Source: Candidatus Methylomirabilia bacterium
Lineage (GTDB): Bacteria; Methylomirabilota; Methylomirabilia; Rokubacteriales; CSP1-6
NCBI GenBank assembly: GCA_041497895.1
Contig: JBGQHJ010000038.1
Span: forward strand, 1 to 33,170
Direction: 5' to 3'
DNA: 33,170 bases
Below, piece after piece: positions 17,616 through 25,422 of the stretch. The translations under genes were made by a program, and so were the position numbers. The notes beneath the pieces are model-generated. The model saw nothing but the letters and a program-made list of their open reading frames with translations, did no database searches and was not told the origin of the DNA. Each line of letters opens with the position of its first letter. Position 1 is the first letter of the stretch.

Positions 17616-18734
17616 CTACCGGTCGCCCCAGACCTCGCGGGCCAGCTCGACGCAGAGCCGGAGCTTCGCCCGCTGCTGCTCCACGGAGACGTCGTTGCCC
17701 TCGAGCGTCGAGGAGAACCCGCACTGGGGGCTCACCGCGAGCTGATCGAGCGGGAAGAACTTCGAGGCCTCCTCCAGACGGCGGGTCAAGTCGGCCTTCG
17801 ATTCGAGCGCGCCCACCTTGCTGCTGACCAGGCCCAGCACCACCCGCACGTGCCGGGGCGCGTGGCGGAGCGGGGAGAAGTCGCCCGAACGCGCGTCGTC
17901 GAACTCGAGGAAGAAGCCGTCGTAGGGCATCTGGTTGAAGATGGTCTCCGCCACCTTCTCGTACCCGCCCTGCGCGCGCCAGCTCGAGCGGAAGTTCCCC
18001 CGGCAAAGGTGGGTGCACACCGAGAGATCGCGGGGACGGTCCCGGAGCGTGGCCCGCACGAGCTCGACCGAGAGGGCGAGCACCGCATCGGGATCCTCGC
18101 CCCGCGCCCGGCTCTCCGCCCGCATGCCCTCGTCGCAGAGGTAGGCGAGGCTCACGTCGTCGAGCTGGAGGTACCGGCAGCCCGCCGCGTAGAGATCGGC
18201 GATCTCCGCGCGATAGGCGGCCGCGGTGTCCTCCACGAAGCCGTCGAGGTCCGGGTACACCGCGCGGCTGATGTTGGCGCGCCCCACCTGCGAGTAGAGC
18301 ATGCACGGCGACGGGATGGTGATCTTCGCGGTGCGGGTCGTCACCGAGCGGAGGAAGCGGAAGGCGTCGACGAAGATCGGCGCGGGCCGGCTGACCCGCG
18401 CGTCGATTCGCAGGTCCGGCCGGGTGAAGTCGACGTCGCCCGCGCGGCCGTGGAAGGTCACCGGCAGCGTGCGCCCCGCGCTGGCGAGGCCGCCCAGGCG
18501 GGTGAGGAAGTCCATGTGCCACGACTTCCGCCGCAGCTCGCCGTCGGTGATGCCCTCGAGGCCGACCTCCTCCTGCAGCCGCACCACTAGGCGAATGGCC
18601 GCGTCCTCGGCCTCGGCGAGCGCGGCCGCGTCGATGCGTCCTTCCTCGCGCTCCCGGCGCCGGGCCTTGAGGGCGGGTGACCGGAGCAGGCTGCCCACGT
18701 GGTCGGCCCGGAACGGCGGACGGGGCGCGGTCAC
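17616..18734 (-). CDS. Short (single-barrel) cobalamin-independent methionine synthase II family protein (YxjH-like)
   Basis: RADHVGSLLR, TDGE, QLDD, Zn ligands HLCRGN, E (FFLEFD), SPQCGF; 372 aa, so lacks the N-terminal half of full MetE. Confidence 0.9.
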   Translation of the reverse strand: MTAPRPPFRADHVGSLLRSPALKARRREREEGRIDAAALAEAEDAAIRLVVRLQEEVGLEGITDGELRRKSWHMDFLTRLGGLASAGRTLPVTFHGRAGDVDFTRPDLRIDARVSRPAPIFVDAFRFLRSVTTRTAKITIPSPCMLYSQVGRANISRAVYPDLDGFVEDTAAAYRAEIADLYAAGCRYLQLDDVSLAYLCDEGMRAESRARGEDPDAVLALSVELVRATLRDRPRDLSVCTHLCRGNFRSSWRAQGGYEKVAETIFNQMPYDGFFLEFDDARSGDFSPLRHAPRHVRVVLGLVSSKVGALESKADLTRRLEEASKFFPLDQLAVSPQCGFSSTLEGNDVSVEQQRAKLRLCVELAREVWGDR

Positions 18735-19711
18735 GACCGGTAGAGCCCGCGGCCGGCCGCGAACACCCGGGTCAGGCCGAGCAGCGCGTCGGTGCTGGGA
18801 GTGGGCACTCCGACCCGGCCGCCGATCTCGCTCACCGCGGTGAGCAGCGCGTCGATCTCGAGCGGCTTGCCCGCCTCCACGTCCTGCAGCATCGAGGTCT
18901 TGAAGGCCCCGAGCTTGCGGGTCACCGCGTTGCGCTCCTCACCGCTCTGTCGGATCGGGCAGCCGATCTTCTCCCCGATCGCGGCGGCCTCCGCCATGAT
19001 CGCGAGAGTGAATCGATCGAGCAGCGGATCGTCGAGGAGCCGATCGCAGGTGGCCCCGGTCAGCGCCGACATGGGGTTCATCGTCATGTTGCCCCAGAGC
19101 TTGTACCAGACGTCGGCCTGGATCCGCTTCGAGATCGTCACCTCGAAGCCCGCCTCGCCGAGACGATCCGCGAGCGCGCTCACCCGGGCCGAGACTAGGC
19201 CGCCCGGCTCACCGACGACCAGCCCGCGGCCGAAGCCGTGGCGCCCGAGCCCCGGCGCCACCACCGAGCAGGTCGCGTGCACCACGCAACCGATGACGTG
19301 CCGCACCGGGATCGCGCCCGCCACGCGCCCGTCCGGATCGACCGCGCGCACCGCCGCGCCCTCGTGGGAGCCGCCCAGGCCGTGGAAGAACCACCACGGC
19401 ACCCCGTTCATCGCGGGCAGCACGACCGTCTCCGGTCCGAGGAGCGGGCCCACCTGCGGCGCCACCGCGGGCAGCGCCGGCCCTTTCACCGCGACGACCA
19501 CCAGGTCCTGCGGGCCCAGCGCGCGGGTGTCCTCGACCACCCGCACCGGCGCGGTGAGCGTCGCGCCGCCTTCCTCGAGCCGGAGGCCGCGCGCCCGCAG
19601 GGCGGCCGCGGTCGCCCCGCGGGCCAGCGCCGATACCTCCGCCCCGGTCCGCGCCAGGTGCGTGCCGAGGAACGTCCCGATCGCCCCGGCGCCGACGACA
19701 CAGACCTTCAC
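18731..19711 (-). CDS. Ketopantoate reductase family protein (PanE/ApbA-like)
   Basis: GAGAIG, VAVK, MNGVPWWFF, WYKLWGN, KTSMLQDVEAGKPLE. Confidence 0.9.
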   Translation of the reverse strand: MKVCVVGAGAIGTFLGTHLARTGAEVSALARGATAAALRARGLRLEEGGATLTAPVRVVEDTRALGPQDLVVVAVKGPALPAVAPQVGPLLGPETVVLPAMNGVPWWFFHGLGGSHEGAAVRAVDPDGRVAGAIPVRHVIGCVVHATCSVVAPGLGRHGFGRGLVVGEPGGLVSARVSALADRLGEAGFEVTISKRIQADVWYKLWGNMTMNPMSALTGATCDRLLDDPLLDRFTLAIMAEAAAIGEKIGCPIRQSGEERNAVTRKLGAFKTSMLQDVEAGKPLEIDALLTAVSEIGGRVGVPTPSTDALLGLTRVFAAGRGLYRS

Positions 19712-20811
19712 CGCGCGGACGCGCCGAGCTGCACCACGTTGTAGGCCTTCACCGGCCGCTGGAAACCCTTCAGCGCGAGCTCGCCCACCGCCTCCACCTG
19801 CGCGATGCTCTCCACTCCCGACGCCACCCGCTGGGAGAGCAGGATCTGGCCCGGCTTGGCCTCCCCGCAGAGCCGGGAGGCGAGGTTGGTCACGGTGCCG
19901 ATGGCCCCGTAGTCGAGCCGCCCCTCGAAGCCGATGGCCCCGATGGTCGCGTAGCCCTGGGCGATGCCGATGCCGAAGTCGAGGTCGAACCCGCGCTTGC
20001 GCCAGGACTCGGTGAGCCCGCCGATGCGCTCGCGCATCGCGACCGCCATGCGCACCGCGCGGGGGCCGGGGTCGGACACCTGCACCGGGTCGTTGAAGAA
20101 GATCATCATGCCGTCGCCGGTGAAGCGCTCGAGGGTGCCCTCGGCGGCCAGGATGAGCCGGCCCATCTCGGCGTGGTACTCGCGCAGCACCCCCATCACC
20201 TCCTCCGGCTCGGCGGTCTCCGCGAAGGCGGTGAAGCCGCGCAGGTCGAGGAAGACCACCGTGATCTCCCGGCGGTGGCTGCGCAGCGGGTCCTCCGCGT
20301 CGCCGCTCACGATCAGGTCCGCGAGCTGGGGCGAGAAGAACCGGCGCAGGCGGCCGAGCCGCTCGAGCTGGGCCACCTGCTCGGCCACCCGGCCCTCGAG
20401 CGTCCGGTTGAGCTCGCCCAGCTCGTCGTGGAGCGCCTTGATCCGGAGGAGGGACCGCACGCGGGCCAGCAGCTCGGGCTGGTTGATCGGCTTGGTCAGG
20501 AAGTCGTCGGCGCCCACCTCGATGCCCTTCACCCGCTCGGTGCCGGGATCGAGCGCGGTCACCATGATGATGGGCAGGAGCCGGGTCGCCTCGTCGGCGC
20601 GCAGCCGCCGGCAGACCTCGTAGCCGCTCATCTCCGGCATCACCACGTCGAGCAGCACCAGGTCCGGCCGGTCCTCCCGCACCCGATCGAGCGCCACCGG
20701 CCCCGACGGCGCGGTGATGACCACGTAGCCGTGGCCGCTCAGCACCCCTTCGAGCAGCTTGACGTTCATCGGGGTGTCGTCGACCACCAGGATCCGGGCC
20801 GGGCCGCTCAC
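19708..20811 (-). CDS. Response regulator fused to class III adenylate/guanylate cyclase
   Basis: PleD-like receiver (VVDD, LLDVVMP, VTA, FLTKP), coiled coil, cyclase motifs FLDLRGFT, FTGDG, NLASRL, LKGF. Confidence 0.93.
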   Translation of the reverse strand: MSGPARILVVDDTPMNVKLLEGVLSGHGYVVITAPSGPVALDRVREDRPDLVLLDVVMPEMSGYEVCRRLRADEATRLLPIIMVTALDPGTERVKGIEVGADDFLTKPINQPELLARVRSLLRIKALHDELGELNRTLEGRVAEQVAQLERLGRLRRFFSPQLADLIVSGDAEDPLRSHRREITVVFLDLRGFTAFAETAEPEEVMGVLREYHAEMGRLILAAEGTLERFTGDGMMIFFNDPVQVSDPGPRAVRMAVAMRERIGGLTESWRKRGFDLDFGIGIAQGYATIGAIGFEGRLDYGAIGTVTNLASRLCGEAKPGQILLSQRVASGVESIAQVEAVGELALKGFQRPVKAYNVVQLGASAR

Positions 20812-21200
20812 CGCGCGCCCCCCTTCGCGGGCCGGTCGATCATCTGCCGCACCGCGGTCACGAAGCCGGTGACGTCGATCGGCTTGGCCTGGTAGCCGTC
20901 GAAGCCGGCGGCCATGATCTTCTGCCGGTCCTGGCTCATCGCGGAAGCGGTGACCGCGATCACCGGCACCGCGCGGGTGCGGTCGTCGCCGCGCAGCACC
21001 TGGAGCGCCTCGATCCCGTTCATCCGCGGCAATTGGATGTCCATCAGGATGAGAGCCGGCGGGCTCTCCTGGGCGAGGCGGATCCCGTCCTCCGCGTTGT
21101 CGGCCTCCGCGGTGCGGTAGCCGTGGAACTGGAGGATGTCCCGCTCGAGCTTGCGGTTCTTCTCGTTGTCCTCGACGATCAGGATCAGCTCGCCGGCCAT
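20808..21200 (-). CDS. Single-domain response regulator, DivK-like
   Basis: ILIVEDNEKNRKL, LILMDIQLP, IAVTASAM, GFDGYQAKPI closely parallel DivK. Confidence 0.9.
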   Translation of the reverse strand: MAGELILIVEDNEKNRKLERDILQFHGYRTAEADNAEDGIRLAQESPPALILMDIQLPRMNGIEALQVLRGDDRTRAVPVIAVTASAMSQDRQKIMAAGFDGYQAKPIDVTGFVTAVRQMIDRPAKGGAR

Positions 21201-24076
21201 GGTCGCTCCGGTATCGAGAAGGTGAACGTGGAGCCCTGACCGGGCTGGCTCTTGACCCAGATCCGGCCGCCGTGCAGCTCCACGAATCGACGCGCGAGGG
21301 TGAGGCCGAGCCCGGTGCCCTCGCGCTTGTGCGCGTAGTCGCCGCCCACCTGGCGGAACTCCTCGAAGATCAGCTCCTGGTTCTCGGGCGCGATCCCGAT
21401 GCCGGTGTCGGCCACCGAGATCTCGACGCCCCCGTCGGTCGGCACCGTCCGCACGTCCACCCGGCCGCCCTCGGGAGTGAACTTCACCGCGTTGGACAGG
21501 AGGTTCAGCATCACCTGCTTGATCTTGCGCTCGTCGGCGACGATCTCCCCCACCCCGCCGTCCACCTCCAGATGCAGGTCGATGCCGTGCCGCGCGGCGC
21601 GCTCGCGCACCAGCACCAGCGTGTCCTGCATCGCCTGGGGCAGGTCGAAGCGGGCCAGCTCGAGCTCCATCCGCCCCGCCTCCACCTTGGAGAGGTCGAG
21701 GATGTCGTTGATGAGGGAGAGCAGGTGGCGACCGGAGGAGAGGACGTCCTGCAGGTACTCGTCCTGCTTCGGGTTGAGCTCGCCGAACATGCGCTGGAGC
21801 AGCACCTCCGAGAACCCGATGATGGCGTTGAGCGGGGTGCGGAGCTCGTGGGACATGTTGGCGAGGAACTCCGACTTGTGCTGGTTCGCCACCTCGAGGA
21901 GCCGGCTCTTCTCCTCGATCTCGCGGAAGAGGTTCGCGTTGGCGATGGCCACCTTCGACTGGTTGGCGAGCGCGCTCATGAGGTTCACGATCCGCTCGCC
22001 GAACTCGCCCGGGTTGCGCCGGACCACCACGATGCCGCGTGCCACGTCGTCGCCCCCGCCCATGGGCACGGTCAGCACCGACCGCAGCCCTTCCCGGAGG
22101 AAGAGGGCCCGGAAGGGATAGTCGTGGGCCTCCTCCACGTCGGGGATCTGCACCGGCTCGCCGGTCTCGGTGGCCCGGCTGATCGTGCCGTGGTCGACCC
22201 CGACCGACATGGTGAGCACCGCGTCGACGAACTCGGAGCTGAGCCCCTGGCTCACCACCACGTCGAAGGCCTGGCGGCCGGGGCGGAGCTCGAAGATCCC
22301 GCAGCCGTCCGCCCCGGAGAGCGCGACGGCCCGCCGCGCCACCGTGTCGAGCACCTCGTGGAGATCGAGCGAGGAGCTCACCGCGCGAATGACCTCGCTG
22401 AGCGCCCCCGTCTCCTCGAGCGACTGCGAGAGATCCTGGGTGCGCGCCTGCAGCTCCTGGAACAGGCGCACGTTCTCGATCGCGATCACCGCCTGGTCCG
22501 CGAAGGTCTCGAGCAGCTTGATCTGCTTGTCGGCGAACGGGCGCACCTCGAGCCGGCGGATGGTGATCGCCCCGATCGGCACACCCTCCCGGAGCAGCGG
22601 GGTGGCCAGCATCGTCCGCGTTCCCGTGGCCTGCTGTCGTGGCCGGGCGTCCGGGAACTCCCGCTCCGTCTCCTCAGCAAGGTCGTGGACGTGAACCGTG
22701 CGCCGCTCGATCACGGCCCGTCCGCTCACGAAGCCCCGCGTGATCGGCTGGCCGGGGTACTTCGGGATGGCGCCATGGATCGCCACGCTCCGGAGGAAAT
22801 CGCCTTCGACCCGGAAGATCTGCGCGTCGACCGCGTCGCACAGCCGCGCCGCGCTCTGGGCCACCGCGTCCATGACCGGCTGGGAGTCGGTCGGCGAGGC
22901 GCTGATGACACCCAGGATCTCGGCGGTCGCGGTCTGCTGCTCGAGGGCCTCCTGCAGCTCGCGGGTGCGGGCGTCGACCTTGCGCTCCAGACCCGCGTAC
23001 GACTCCTTCAGCTGCACCGCCATGCGGTTGAACTGGTCGGCCAGGACCTCGAGCTCGTCGCCGGTCTTCACCTCGATGCGGTCGGTCAGGTTGCCCTCGC
23101 CGATCCGCACCGCGCCGGCCTGGAGCGCCCGGATCGGCCGTGCCAGGGTGCGCGCCAGCATCAGGCTCGCGCCCACTGAGAGCAGGATACCCAGGACCAG
23201 CAGCAACACCGTCCGCTTCACCGACGCGCGGAGCGGCTCGAAGGCCTCCTCGAGCGGCTGCTCGACGAACACCGTCCAGCCGAGCGAGGGGATCGGGGTG
23301 TGCGCGGTCAGCACCTGCTGGTTGCGGAGGTTCCGGGCGATGGTGCCATCCTGGGCGGGCTCGCCGGGCTGGGGTCCCCCGGCGAGCGCGCGCTTCACCT
23401 GCTCGAGCCGCGTGAGGTCCGTCTTCTGGAGCACCAGGCTGATGTCGGGATGGGCGATGAGCGCCCCCTGGCCGTCCACCACGAAGGCCTGGCCCGCCTT
23501 GCCGATCTTGATCTGGGAGACGACGTCCCAGATGAACTTGAGGTTGACCTCGGCCGCGGTGACCCCCCCGGCCTGCCCGCCTTCCGCGATCGCGATGACC
23601 ATGTAGGGCTCGGACTCTTTCCGGAAGTACACCGGCCCCCGGTAGACCCGCCGGGCCTTGGCCTCGACGAACCGGGGATCGCCCGAGAAGTCGGCCTGGC
23701 TGCCGATCGCGTCCATGGCCAGGCGGGAGACGCGGAGCTGCTCCCGGCCCGCCGCGTCGATGTAGCTGACCTCGGTGATGGCCGGCACCTGGCGCTGGAG
23801 GCGGAAGAAGTCGAAGCGCCGCTGCTCCAGCGTCGTCCCGCCCGGTGTGCGCTGGGGCTGGGTGACCCAGCCCATCTGCCGCTCGATCTCCTTGATGAAG
23901 TTCTCGATCTGGGAGGCGGCGGCCAGGGCCTTCTCGCGCTGCAGGGCCACGAGCGCGGCCTGGTTCTCCTGGTACGAGAAGTAGAGCTCGGTGATGCCGC
24001 TCGCGAGCAGCTCGGCGGTCACGAGCAGGACGAAGAAGGTGGTGTACTTCCAGAAGAGACGGCGGCGGCGCATCAC
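21185..24076 (-). CDS. Membrane sensor histidine kinase: TM-Cache-TM-HAMP-GAF-GAF-HisKA-HATPase
   Basis: Two TM helices flanking a Cache-like domain, HAMP (GDELEVLADQFNRM), two GAFs, H-box MSHELRTPLN, NLLSNAVKF, DTGIG, GTGLGL. Confidence 0.94.
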   Translation of the reverse strand: MMRRRRLFWKYTTFFVLLVTAELLASGITELYFSYQENQAALVALQREKALAAASQIENFIKEIERQMGWVTQPQRTPGGTTLEQRRFDFFRLQRQVPAITEVSYIDAAGREQLRVSRLAMDAIGSQADFSGDPRFVEAKARRVYRGPVYFRKESEPYMVIAIAEGGQAGGVTAAEVNLKFIWDVVSQIKIGKAGQAFVVDGQGALIAHPDISLVLQKTDLTRLEQVKRALAGGPQPGEPAQDGTIARNLRNQQVLTAHTPIPSLGWTVFVEQPLEEAFEPLRASVKRTVLLLVLGILLSVGASLMLARTLARPIRALQAGAVRIGEGNLTDRIEVKTGDELEVLADQFNRMAVQLKESYAGLERKVDARTRELQEALEQQTATAEILGVISASPTDSQPVMDAVAQSAARLCDAVDAQIFRVEGDFLRSVAIHGAIPKYPGQPITRGFVSGRAVIERRTVHVHDLAEETEREFPDARPRQQATGTRTMLATPLLREGVPIGAITIRRLEVRPFADKQIKLLETFADQAVIAIENVRLFQELQARTQDLSQSLEETGALSEVIRAVSSSLDLHEVLDTVARRAVALSGADGCGIFELRPGRQAFDVVVSQGLSSEFVDAVLTMSVGVDHGTISRATETGEPVQIPDVEEAHDYPFRALFLREGLRSVLTVPMGGGDDVARGIVVVRRNPGEFGERIVNLMSALANQSKVAIANANLFREIEEKSRLLEVANQHKSEFLANMSHELRTPLNAIIGFSEVLLQRMFGELNPKQDEYLQDVLSSGRHLLSLINDILDLSKVEAGRMELELARFDLPQAMQDTLVLVRERAARHGIDLHLEVDGGVGEIVADERKIKQVMLNLLSNAVKFTPEGGRVDVRTVPTDGGVEISVADTGIGIAPENQELIFEEFRQVGGDYAHKREGTGLGLTLARRFVELHGGRIWVKSQPGQGSTFTFSIPERPWPAS

Positions 24077-24142
24077 GAGCCCCGGCGGGGGCTACCGAGC
24101 ATGGGGAGGCGCTGGCGAGGGATCCCCGGCGTCACCCTCGCG

Positions 24143-24172
24143 AGTGTAGGCGGGGGGGTGGGCCCCTGTCAA
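24143..24172 (-). promoter_or_regulatory. sigma70-type promoter of kinase/DivK-like/cyclase operon
   Basis: Minus strand TTGACA-N18-TACACT, about 65 nt upstream of the kinase start. Confidence 0.65.
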
Positions 24173-24204
24173 AGAACCCCCGGGCGCGGCGGGAGGCGCC
24201 TCGG

Positions 24205-25422
24205 TCAGGCGGTCGGGGCCGCCGCGGCCTCGGGCAGGAGCGGGCAGCCCGGCCCCATGGCGGCCTTCTTCTTCTCGATGATGCCGCCCGTGTAGCGCTC
24301 GAGGTAGTGGGTGATGGTCTCGACCCGGATCTTCACCGAGCCGGCCGGCTTCGTCGAATCCAGGTCCTGGAAGGAGAAGAAGAGGGTCCCCGAGCGCTCC
24401 ACGATCTGCTGCACCGGCGTGTAGGTCGGCTGGTCCATGCCGCACTCGTAGCTGGCCAGCCGGACCACGCAGGCCACCCACGGCATGCGCGCGGCCGCCT
24501 TGGCCCCCCACAGGATCTCGTTGGTGTTGCTGCTGTAAGAGGACGGCCAGACATCTCGAATATCGAAAGCTGATCGGATGTGGCCGGCCCGGACGTCCTC
24601 CCCGAACGCCCAGTCCATCAGGTCGGTATCGATCGGGAAGTACTGGGCCCAGAGCACCGGGTACCCGTAGGCCTGGAGATCCACCTCGATCTCGTGGCCG
24701 ATCCCGGGATCCATGTGATACGGCCGCGCCAGGACCATGAGGCACGCGCGGTTCTCGCGCGCGCACCACTCGAGCACCTCGCGCCCCTTGCGGCGCAGGC
24801 GGGTGTTGAAGTCGTCGAGGGCGCGGAAGCCCGCCGCGGCGGCCCGTCCGGCCTCCTCGGCGGTGAGCCCGGGGATCACGTCCCGGAGCCCCTCCCAGAG
24901 CTGCTTGGGCACGAGCCGGGGCTCGTCGAGCGAGACGAACGGGGCCGCGTAGCGGATGCCCTGCTCGGCGAACACGTCGCGCTCCTTCATGAAGCCGGCC
25001 TTGATGTTCTCCGGCGCGGCCATCACCCGCGGGCAGGCCAGCGTGCGCGCCACGTGGCCGGAGAGGAACGACGGGAGGTTGTAGATCATCGGCGAGAAGA
25101 GCACGTCGACCTTCTCGCGCTGGCCGAAGATCAGCTCGCCGTAGTGGCCGGCGATGCACTTCACCGGGTAGCAGCAGTCCACCGTGCCGCGGCCCTTGCC
25201 GTACTGCCGCCCCTGCTCCTCCGAGGTGTCGGAGGAGAAGATCAGGTGCCGCGGGTCCACCCCCAGCTCGGTGAAGAAGCCCACCCAGAACTGGTGGGTG
25301 GACCAGAGGTTCAGGACGCGGGGGATCCCGATCCGGAGCTTAGCCCGCGACGGCTGGCTCTCCGGCCCGGGGGCGGCGGAACGCGTCCTTCCGAACCATC
25401 TCGGCAACGTTAGGGTAGTCAC
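24205..25422 (-). CDS. Acyl-CoA dehydratase activase-related protein (DUF2229-type; resembles the C-terminal reductase/dehydratase domain of PlsA/Ger)
   Basis: RIGIPRVLN, DCCYPVKCIAGH, LACP, LARPYHMDPGIGH, SYECGMD; GTG start with SD GGAGGAG 7 nt upstream, inside the activase gene. Confidence 0.85.
   Translation of the reverse strand: MTTLTLPRWFGRTRSAAPGPESQPSRAKLRIGIPRVLNLWSTHQFWVGFFTELGVDPRHLIFSSDTSEEQGRQYGKGRGTVDCCYPVKCIAGHYGELIFGQREKVDVLFSPMIYNLPSFLSGHVARTLACPRVMAAPENIKAGFMKERDVFAEQGIRYAAPFVSLDEPRLVPKQLWEGLRDVIPGLTAEEAGRAAAAGFRALDDFNTRLRRKGREVLEWCARENRACLMVLARPYHMDPGIGHEIEVDLQAYGYPVLWAQYFPIDTDLMDWAFGEDVRAGHIRSAFDIRDVWPSSYSSNTNEILWGAKAAARMPWVACVVRLASYECGMDQPTYTPVQQIVERSGTLFFSFQDLDSTKPAGSVKIRVETITHYLERYTGGIIEKKKAAMGPGCPLLPEAAAAPTA

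Noticed and set aside
17616..19711. Gene symbols metE and panE
   Set aside because: Family membership is clear, but the short MetE-like and the PWWFF-type PanE-like proteins are often paralogues with other functions.
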